Assembly: GCA_964516995.1 (NCBI GenBank) | Contig: CAZFAV010000003.1 | Coordinates: forward strand, 530 to 64,529 | Direction: 5' to 3' | Origin: an uncultured Candidatus Peribacteria bacterium | GTDB lineage: Bacteria > Patescibacteriota > Gracilibacteria > UBA1369 > 2-02-FULL-48-14 | Length of the DNA: 64,000 bases | Shown: piece after piece, positions 48,472 through 55,475 of the stretch | Layout: each line of letters begins with the position of its first letter | Position numbering within the stretch: position 1 is the stretch's first letter | Translations under genes and position numbers: made by a program | Notes under the pieces: generated by a model | Seen by the model: the letters and a program-made list of their open reading frames with translations, nothing else | The model's database searches: none | Told to the model about the DNA's origin: nothing

Positions 48472-48548
48472 GGGCGATTAGCTCAGGTGGTTAGAGCGCG
48501 ACACTGATAATGTCGAGGTCCCAAGTTCAAGTCTTGGATCGCCCACCA
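48472..48548 (+). tRNA. tRNA-Ile (anticodon GAT), CCA encoded
   Basis: Manual cloverleaf: acceptor GGGCGAT/ATCGCCC, anticodon stem CGACA/TGTCG with loop CTGATAA. Confidence 0.9.
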
Positions 48549-48552
48549 TTTT

Positions 48553-48582
48553 AAAAGCCCCAGCACAGGGCCAGGGCTTTTT
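48553..48582. terminator. bidirectional intrinsic terminator between tRNA-Ile and the convergent CARDB gene
   Basis: AAAAGCCC-loop-GGGCTTTT palindromic arms, giving a GC stem with a T-tract on both strands. Confidence 0.5.
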
Positions 48583-48600
48583 CTCTATTCAAAGAAATTT

Positions 48601-49572
48601 TTACTGTGCAGTAAGAGTGGCTGCTAAACAGTTATTGTTTTCATTCGTTTCTGTAACGACCCCCTTAGCGTCCACACAAGCTTTCACATCATGAGTACCG
48701 GTGAGCACCTGAGGTTGAATGGTAGAAGACTGACCTGCCTTCAAGAAATCAAGATTGGCTAAAGTCGTCCAGCTGTAGGTCCATTTGGCAGAAGAACTAT
48801 CAATGTAAATGTAAGTACCTCCGTCCAAATTAGAAGAAATATCTACTGTACCGCTGTTTTTTACTACCACGGTGAGGATGTTTCTAGAATCCAAACTCAC
48901 TGATTCCACCATCAAGTCCGTACCGCTGACACCCGGAGTAGCAGTGCTAGAAGTGCTGTTGGGAGTGGTTCCGGTACTTGTGCCAGTAGTCGTACCAGTA
49001 GTCGTACCAGTAGTAGAGGTGCTCGTGTTGGTTCCTTTACTAGATTTAGAGTTGTCTGTAGCTGTACCCGTACTGGTTTGCCCCTTGGTTTCCTGGCCTG
49101 TAGTACTTCCCTTGGTGTTGCTTTTAGATTCATCACCAGAGAAAACCACCTTACCCAAACAGTTGTTCTTTTCATTGCTTTCACGCACTTGCTGACCAGC
49201 ATCTATACAAACTTTGACAGTATGTTTACCAGTCAGTTCTTGTGGTTGAATTTTTGAAGACTCGCCCGCTTCTCTGAAGTTAGTGTCACTCAAAGTGGAC
49301 CAGCTATAAGTCCAAATCTGTTCGCGACCATCAATAAAGATATAGGTCTTCCCATCGATTTGTTCCGAAACATCGGTAGAACCTACGTTGGCTACTTTTA
49401 CGGTTAAATAGTTGTTTGAATCCACGCTAATAGATTGGACCGTAAGATCAGGTAATGAGCTGCCTGCTACGTCAGTTAAAGAACCCTTAAGAGATTCAGA
49501 AGTAGCCACTGTAGAAAGTCCACCACAAAGGAGTAGAGCTAAACTACCGAGGAGGATTTTTTTGTTTACCAT
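48601..49572 (-). CDS. secreted protein with two CARDB-like domains joined by a Thr/Gly/Ser-rich linker
   Basis: Signal peptide and two ~100 aa paralogous modules, each starting DL.V.S.S.D and ending E.NE.NNC. The linker reads TSTSTTGTTTGTTTGTSTGTT. Confidence 0.7.
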   Translation of the reverse strand: MVNKKILLGSLALLLCGGLSTVATSESLKGSLTDVAGSSLPDLTVQSISVDSNNYLTVKVANVGSTDVSEQIDGKTYIFIDGREQIWTYSWSTLSDTNFREAGESSKIQPQELTGKHTVKVCIDAGQQVRESNEKNNCLGKVVFSGDESKSNTKGSTTGQETKGQTSTGTATDNSKSSKGTNTSTSTTGTTTGTTTGTSTGTTPNSTSSTATPGVSGTDLMVESVSLDSRNILTVVVKNSGTVDISSNLDGGTYIYIDSSSAKWTYSWTTLANLDFLKAGQSSTIQPQVLTGTHDVKACVDAKGVVTETNENNNCLAATLTAQ

Positions 49573-49642
49573 TTTGTTTGGGTTAATGGGTAAGCAATCT
49601 GTTTATTATAACATATTTTCTAAAATTAGCAAATACTAACAA

Positions 49643-49666
49643 AAGGCTAACCCATTGTTTAGCCTT
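49643..49666 (-). terminator. candidate terminator after the 171 aa secreted-protein gene
   Basis: 8-bp stem AAGGCTAA/TTAGCCTT with a T-rich minus-strand tail. Confidence 0.35.
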
Positions 49667-49695
49667 AAGTAACACCTACACAAAGCCCCTATTCT

Positions 49696-50211
49696 TTAAA
49701 GAGCAGGAACGATAGAGATAAAGATCTTGAAACGACTGTCGGTATCAATCACATACTCTAGCTTTTGATCTGAATCTGCCATTAAATCTGCTAAAGGAAG
49801 GGTAACATTTCTTCCTTCATGTTGGGTGTGGTAATACAAAGAAGGGCTCATTCCATCGGCAAAATTCCCTGTGAAGTGGAAAAGTAAGCCATCCGTCGCA
49901 CCAGAAACGGTAGATTGAAAAGTAGTGATGGTATCACTCGTACTGTTGATTCGGTCTTCCCCACGCTCAAAGCCTAGAGGTCTGACTAAAACACCAATAG
50001 AGTCGTGGAAAGAAACATCTCCCTCAAAATTCGTCCTCAAGCTAGGATCCACCATTCCGGTAGCGGGCGTACCATCTGGGTTAAACACACCCCACTCCAT
50101 CTTGAGCATGAACTGCTGCTCGTTAGCCTCAGTAGCAAAAGCTGGGGAAACAGAAGAAAGAAGAATCGAGGGGAGACTGAGTAAAACAAACAATCGGCGT
50201 ACGGAGTTCAT
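49696..50211 (-). CDS. hypothetical secreted protein
   Basis: N-terminal signal peptide (LFVLLSLPSILLSSVSPAFA) and a beta-rich mature part. No family recognised. Confidence 0.55.
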   Translation of the reverse strand: MNSVRRLFVLLSLPSILLSSVSPAFATEANEQQFMLKMEWGVFNPDGTPATGMVDPSLRTNFEGDVSFHDSIGVLVRPLGFERGEDRINSTSDTITTFQSTVSGATDGLLFHFTGNFADGMSPSLYYHTQHEGRNVTLPLADLMADSDQKLEYVIDTDSRFKIFISIVPAL

Positions 50212-50242
50212 AAAAAGAAAGGGTTACAACTTTATTTAACCC
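50211..50242 (-). terminator. candidate intrinsic terminator after rplU
   Basis: Minus strand reads GGGTTA-10 nt loop-TAACCC followed by TTTCTTTTT. Confidence 0.45.
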
Positions 50243-50266
50243 CGGCTTCCGTAAGAACTCAAGGTC

Positions 50267-50704
50267 TTACTCTTCCTTTTTTGTCTTTTTGGCGGCTGGT
50301 TTTTTAGCCGCAGGCTTCTTTTCTACCACTGCATCCATTTCAGGAGCCTCAACCTTCTCTTCCTTTGCAGCACTCGCCTTTTTTTCTACTGCAGAAATCT
50401 TGAGCACCTTAAGTAAAGTGAATTGCTGACGATGTCCTTGAGTACGGTGGTAACGCTTCTTAGCCTTGAACTTGAAAACACGAATCTTCTCACCTTTTCC
50501 ATGTTCCATCACTTGGCACTCTACGTGGGCACCTCCTACAAAAGGCATACCGAGTTTAACATCGCTTCCATCTTCTTCACCCATCAAAAGCACCTCGTTA
50601 ACCTTGAGGTTCTTTCCAGGTTCAAGATCGAGTTTATCCACTTCGATTTCGTCCTTTTCACGGACTTTGTATTGCTTTCCACCGAGATATACAACTGCGA
50701 ACAT
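50267..50704 (-). CDS. rplU: 50S ribosomal protein L21 with a Lys/Ala-rich C-terminal extension
   Basis: MFAVVYLGGKQYKV...KIRVFKFKAKKRYHRTQGHRQ is canonical L21. About 40 extra residues follow (KKPAAKKPAAKKTKKEE). Confidence 0.9.
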   Translation of the reverse strand: MFAVVYLGGKQYKVREKDEIEVDKLDLEPGKNLKVNEVLLMGEEDGSDVKLGMPFVGGAHVECQVMEHGKGEKIRVFKFKAKKRYHRTQGHRQQFTLLKVLKISAVEKKASAAKEEKVEAPEMDAVVEKKPAAKKPAAKKTKKEE

Positions 50705-50751
50705 AGGCCTAAAAGAGTAAGTGCTGGGCTACTTTAAGGGCTATTTGTTCT

Positions 50752-51288
50752 TTAGGCAAGAGATTTTTCAAGCTGCTCGACTGCTTCTTCTAGAACTGGC
50801 TTTAAAAGCTGCTCTTCTTCAGGGAGAAAAGGGGCCAATACAAAGACATCCAACGCCATTTGCTCAGGAGCAGTAGTGCCTCGAGATTCAATGCCTATTC
50901 TGAGTCGAGGGAAATCTAAAGTTGCTAAATGTTCAATGATAGACTTCATCCCATTGTGAGTTCCCGCAGAGCCACTTTCTCTATAGCGAAGCTTGCCCAA
51001 AGGAAGATCAACATCATCATAAACCACCGTAAGCTCGGACGAACTCATCTTATAAAAGTTCAAAAATTCACTCACAGCCTCTCCTGACAAGTTCATAAAA
51101 GTCAGCGGTTTCATGAGGAAAATCCTATTCTTTCCTTGCCCTTTTTCACTTAAAAGATACTTTCCCCTTTCCTCAAAGGGGGGGAAATTCATTTTTTCTG
51201 CCAATAGGTCTAGAGCCCTAAACCCCACATTGTGTCGAGTTCGAGCGTATTTTTCTCCAGGATTACCGAGTCCACAAATCAGTTTCAT
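50752..51288 (-). CDS. pth: peptidyl-tRNA hydrolase
   Basis: GLGNPGEKYARTRHNVGF, and a GHNG-like GTHNGMKS motif. Confidence 0.95.
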   Translation of the reverse strand: MKLICGLGNPGEKYARTRHNVGFRALDLLAEKMNFPPFEERGKYLLSEKGQGKNRIFLMKPLTFMNLSGEAVSEFLNFYKMSSSELTVVYDDVDLPLGKLRYRESGSAGTHNGMKSIIEHLATLDFPRLRIGIESRGTTAPEQMALDVFVLAPFLPEEEQLLKPVLEEAVEQLEKSLA

Positions 51289-52670
51289 AAAGCGTGAAAT
51301 TCATAAAACCGTGGTCCTATTTTAACCAAATCACCATTCACCGCACCAGCTCTCACCAAAGCCCTTTGTATCCCCATCTTTACCAAAACATCGTAAACAC
51401 GAACAATGGCATCGGGGTAAAGCGGGTTGGTCATGCGGGAGATTTGCTCAATTCGTTTGCCTGAAACCTTATAAAGTTCACGCCAAGGCATAGTTTCTGG
51501 ACTGATCACATTGCCACAAACAGGTTCTTGGAATTCACGCGCGCTCACTTTGTACATGTGCTCCACCTGGAAAGAACTTTCGTCCAAAAAGCGAGTGGGC
51601 ACGTAATCGATCACAGCGCTTTCTTCGGTAGGTCGAGGTAAAGCTTCCTTGTTTTTACGCACAGTCTGTAAGAGCTCAAACATAAAGTCATGCAGATTTT
51701 CTCCACTCACACCAGATACCATTCGGAAAACTTTTTTAACTTTAGGGAAGGCTTTTAAAAATTCAGCACTGAGTTTTTTTCGATCTTCTTCCGGAATAGA
51801 ATCGATCTTATTCATCACCACGAAGAAATCTTTTTTGAGAAGTTCAGCATTATAAGCCTTGAGTTCTTTTTGTAAGACTTTGAATTGATCCTCCATAGAC
51901 AAACCTTCGTAAGAAAAAGGATCCAAAACATAAACCAGAGTAGCAGTGCGAGAGATATGCTTTAAAAACTGATCTCCCAGCCCCTTCCCTTCGCTCGCTC
52001 CTTCAATAATCCCAGGCATATCTGCAATAACAAAATTTTCCGTAGCTTCACCTCCAAATTCACTCATAGAAACCACACCTAAATTGGGGACCAACGTGGT
52101 GAAAGGATAAGCCGCCACTTTAGGACGAGCTCCAGACACATGAGAGATAAAAGTAGACTTCCCCGCAGACGGATACCCCACTAGTCCTACATCTGCCACT
52201 AAACGAAGTTCCAAACGTACTGTTCTAAATTCACCCACATCTCCAAGTTCAGCGAACTGAGGAGCTTGGCGTGTACTAGCCATGAAATGGCCATTCCCAT
52301 AGCCTCCACGCCCTCCATGTGCAATCAAAAGTCGTTGGCCATGCATAGCCAGATCTGCCACTAGTTCCTGAGTCTCCAAATCATGCACCAAGGTGCCCAC
52401 AGGCACTTTGAGAATTAAATCTTCCGCTCCTCGACCAGCCATATCGTTTTTAGCACCATTTTCCCCCGCATTCGCTTGGTAATGCTTTTTCCCCATAAAG
52501 TGTTGAAGCGTGTTGTAATTATCATCCGCTTCTAAAAACACGTTTCCACCGTTTCCACCGTCTCCTCCATCGGGAGGCCCCTCGGCTACAAACTTTTCTC
52601 GATGAAAGCACATCGCACCGTTACCGCCTCGACCTCCTTCGAGTTCAAGGGTGACCTCATCGAAAAACAT
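51285..52670 (-). CDS. obg: GTPase Obg/CgtA
   Basis: Gly-rich Obg fold (GGRGGNG, GGDGGNGG), G domain (GYPSAGKSTF, DMPG, NKID) and a C-terminal OCT-like domain. Confidence 0.95.
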   Translation of the reverse strand: MFFDEVTLELEGGRGGNGAMCFHREKFVAEGPPDGGDGGNGGNVFLEADDNYNTLQHFMGKKHYQANAGENGAKNDMAGRGAEDLILKVPVGTLVHDLETQELVADLAMHGQRLLIAHGGRGGYGNGHFMASTRQAPQFAELGDVGEFRTVRLELRLVADVGLVGYPSAGKSTFISHVSGARPKVAAYPFTTLVPNLGVVSMSEFGGEATENFVIADMPGIIEGASEGKGLGDQFLKHISRTATLVYVLDPFSYEGLSMEDQFKVLQKELKAYNAELLKKDFFVVMNKIDSIPEEDRKKLSAEFLKAFPKVKKVFRMVSGVSGENLHDFMFELLQTVRKNKEALPRPTEESAVIDYVPTRFLDESSFQVEHMYKVSAREFQEPVCGNVISPETMPWRELYKVSGKRIEQISRMTNPLYPDAIVRVYDVLVKMGIQRALVRAGAVNGDLVKIGPRFYEFHAL

Positions 52671-52676
52671 AAAGAT

Positions 52677-53423
52677 TTAGGGTTGAACGAAGTTGATGAT
52701 CTTTTGGAAAACCAAGTAAGGGTAAGCCCCTACGATTTTTTTACCATCAATAAAGAAGGTAGGTGTTCCAGAAATTCCGTAACCACGACCTGCAGTGTAA
52801 TCGGCCTCTACTTCAGACTTCATCACTTCAAGGGATAAACAAGCGGAAATATCTACCCCCAAATTGTCTTTAGCTAAAGCCGCTACGATCGCCTGAGCAT
52901 CGGCATTGTTAGACCAAGCACTTTGATTTTCAAACAAAATATCGTGCATCTCAAAGTAGGCCGCATCATCCATCTTTCCATCCGCACGTCGCACACATTC
53001 TGCGGCTTGAGCCGCCATGCTGGCATTCTGGTGCGAAGGGAGTGGGAAATCTCGATAAACCAATTTTACAATCCCAGTGTCGATGTATTCCTCCTTAAGT
53101 TGAGAGAAACTGTCCGTGTAAAAATGCTCACAGTAAGGGCATTGGAAATCGCTAAATTCCACAATCGTCACAGGTGCATTCGCATCACCCAACACAGCAT
53201 CATCATCTACACTTACAGCAACCGACTCCAACCGAGAAGGGTCCACAGTATCTGCCACTTGAGCATCGGTTTGAGCTTGAGTAGTAGTCTTAGTATCCGT
53301 TTCTTTCCCAGTCAATTGGGTCAACAAAGTTGCTCCATTGGTATTAATAACCATTCCTAGGGCCAATCCCACTACCAGAAAACTAATGCCCATCCAAAGC
53401 GATTGGTTGCTATTCTTTGCCAT
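52677..53423 (-). CDS. DsbA-family thiol:disulfide oxidoreductase, membrane anchored
   Basis: N-terminal TM and the thioredoxin-fold active site FSDFQCPYC. Confidence 0.8.
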   Translation of the reverse strand: MAKNSNQSLWMGISFLVVGLALGMVINTNGATLLTQLTGKETDTKTTTQAQTDAQVADTVDPSRLESVAVSVDDDAVLGDANAPVTIVEFSDFQCPYCEHFYTDSFSQLKEEYIDTGIVKLVYRDFPLPSHQNASMAAQAAECVRRADGKMDDAAYFEMHDILFENQSAWSNNADAQAIVAALAKDNLGVDISACLSLEVMKSEVEADYTAGRGYGISGTPTFFIDGKKIVGAYPYLVFQKIINFVQP

Positions 53424-53524
53424 AAGGTTAATTTAAAGTGGTACCAAGATACACCTATTGTATCGATTTTCCAAATAGTGTAATTTTCGCCCGCACTCGC
53501 AGGCAAAACCAAGCGAGCGCACGT

Positions 53525-53613
53525 GCCGAAATGGCGGAACTGGCAGACGCGCGGGACTCAAAATCCCGTTCCCTTCATCGGGAGTGTGGGTTCGACCCCC
53601 ACTTTCGGCACCA
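53525..53613 (+). tRNA. tRNA-Leu (anticodon CAA), CCA encoded
   Basis: Manual cloverleaf: acceptor GCCGAAA/TTTCGGC, anticodon stem CGGGA/TCCCG with loop CTCAAAA, and a long variable arm. Confidence 0.9.
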
Positions 53614-53631
53614 TCATTAAGATCATCGGTG

Positions 53632-53895
53632 ATGACTTCTCTTGAAGAACTTCAATCCGAAATCAATCAACTCAAAGCTCGCAATAAAAAAGTAGAGGCC
53701 GATAAGGCATGGGAAACCAGTTGGACTAGGAAGCTACTGGTCCTGGCTTTAACTTACTTAGTAATGATCCTCGTATTTTGGAGCACAGGGATTGGAAACA
53801 TGTTCGTGAATGCTATAGTACCGAGTGTGGGCTTCTTTTTGTCGACACTCACTATTCCGGCAGTTAAAAGGATTTGGATAAAAAAACGTCAATGA
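53632..53895 (+). CDS. small hypothetical membrane protein
   Basis: Coiled N-terminus plus 2 TM. I prefer the ATG at 53632, because the ORF-track start overlaps the tRNA. Confidence 0.4.
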   Translation: MTSLEELQSEINQLKARNKKVEADKAWETSWTRKLLVLALTYLVMILVFWSTGIGNMFVNAIVPSVGFFLSTLTIPAVKRIWIKKRQ

Positions 53896-54095
53896 TAGAA
53901 ATTCCTATACATTTTCAGGGTAGTCTCAGCGAACTACTATCAGAGATACAAAGCAAATTTCCCTCCATCAACTGGTCCATTCATGAAAGCGAAGCCTACT
54001 TTACCGGCCGCTATATTTTAGGAAAACTCGGAACTACAAAAATCACTATTGAAGCAGTAGAAGAAAACAGAAAATACGAGTTGAGTCTCAGCTGA
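53874..54095 (+). CDS. small hypothetical protein (73 aa)
   Basis: ORF only. Confidence 0.3.
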   Translation: MDKKTSMIEIPIHFQGSLSELLSEIQSKFPSINWSIHESEAYFTGRYILGKLGTTKITIEAVEENRKYELSLS

Positions 54096-54531
54096 GCTCT
54101 TCCTCTACAATCTTTTTTATCAGCGCCCCATCAGCCTTTCCTTTAAGCTTGCCCATCAGAGACCCCATGAGTTTACCCACTCCACTTTTGTCGGAAACAC
54201 CGAGCTGCTCTTTAGCTGCTTTCACTTCAGTACGAATCTCCTCTTCGCTCATTTGTTCAGGCAAATAAGTCATGAGCAAGGCAATTTCGTCTTCTTCTTT
54301 TTGAGCCAATTCCATCCGGTCACCTGCCTTATATTGCTCAGCCGCATCTTTACGCTGCTTGATCATTTTTTGAATAAGACTTTGAAGAACTTCTGGAGTA
54401 ATTTCAGTTCCAGTTCCATCGGTTTGGATCTTCATGACTTCTGCCTTGAGCATACGAAGCACAGAAGTCTTTAGCTCTTGCTTCGCCAGCATCGCTTGTT
54501 TGAGTTGATCTTGGAGTTCAGAAAGGTTCAT
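54088..54531 (-). CDS. GatB/YqeY domain protein
   Basis: LKQAMLAKQELKTSVLRMLKAEV...YLPEQMSEEE matches the YqeY-like family pattern. I prefer the ATG at 54531. Confidence 0.8.
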   Translation of the reverse strand: MNLSELQDQLKQAMLAKQELKTSVLRMLKAEVMKIQTDGTGTEITPEVLQSLIQKMIKQRKDAAEQYKAGDRMELAQKEEDEIALLMTYLPEQMSEEEIRTEVKAAKEQLGVSDKSGVGKLMGSLMGKLKGKADGALIKKIVEEELS

Positions 54532-54568
54532 AAATAAAAGATAACACAAAAACTAAATCCAAGGGAAA

Positions 54569-55420
54569 TCAACTATCCTCAGTCCCCCGAAACCTAAGCG
54601 CGTTCAGAAGGGCACCCTGATAGGTTCCGCTCAAAAAGTTAAGCCGTGCCCTATGATCAGCTTGCCTGCCCACCGGAGTATAATCCAAAGAAGCACTGAT
54701 TCTTCTGATTTCTACCCGGTCTCGTAATTCGCGCATAGCTGAGCTCCAATTTAAAGGGTCTTCTCTATCTGATTTTCTTTGGCGATCCACAAGATGAGCG
54801 CCCATTTCTATAACACCCTCTCCCAATTGACGCTCCAGGTCTTCTGTTATCTCTGGTGATAAAAGACGTGCAGTTCGACTCATTACGATGGCTCCAGTAC
54901 CTGGCTCTACCTTTTTCCCATATCGCCTTTCAAATGGCTCTAAATCCCTCTCGCCCAATCGATAATACTCAAACTGTCCATGTGCACCATGGATACTGAC
55001 TCCCACCCCATTTCCATCCGTAGACCAAGCGGCCACCATTTCCGACGGAAACCCACCAGTCTCAAAAGTTAATTCTCTTACTAATCTATTTGCTGGAGAA
55101 AGAAGCTCCAAGGGTACAGGAGGTAAAGGAAAACGTGCTCCAGTCCTTAAATCACCCCATTGAAACTGGTCCAAAGAGGATATCCACACGCCATTATCTA
55201 AGTCATCCCGTTCCACTCCGCGAAGCATAGCTGCCGGCAAGTCCCAACCCGTTCTCACCTCCACATGCGGAGTCCAAAAAAGTGGCCTTTGTGGGAAAAA
55301 ACCACTATCAGGATTGGTGAGTGTATCCAACGTGGACGGGACCCTTCTTCCCATTTTTTGGATTACGCCACGTAATTCTCCCAAAGTCTCAGGACGAAGA
55401 TCTTCTGGTAGCTTTCTCAT
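54569..55420 (-). CDS. hypothetical protein (283 aa)
   Basis: ORF with no TM and no family. I prefer the ATG at 55420, which avoids overlap with uvrC. Confidence 0.5.
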   Translation of the reverse strand: MRKLPEDLRPETLGELRGVIQKMGRRVPSTLDTLTNPDSGFFPQRPLFWTPHVEVRTGWDLPAAMLRGVERDDLDNGVWISSLDQFQWGDLRTGARFPLPPVPLELLSPANRLVRELTFETGGFPSEMVAAWSTDGNGVGVSIHGAHGQFEYYRLGERDLEPFERRYGKKVEPGTGAIVMSRTARLLSPEITEDLERQLGEGVIEMGAHLVDRQRKSDREDPLNWSSAMRELRDRVEIRRISASLDYTPVGRQADHRARLNFLSGTYQGALLNALRFRGTEDS

Positions 55421-55475
55421 AAACTGACTCGCTTTAAAAAAGACGCAATTATAGCATATAAAACGTATTTGTCTA

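Noticed and set aside
48601-49572. Diversity-generating retroelement target (VR/TR pair) in the duplicated CARDB protein
   Set aside because: The two modules are diverged paralogous domains, not near-identical DNA copies with adenine-specific differences. No reverse transcriptase gene occurs in the window.
53438-53620. 60 aa ORF, and the upstream part of ORF 53584..53895
   Set aside because: Both overlap tRNA-Leu(CAA). The downstream gene more plausibly starts at the ATG at 53632.
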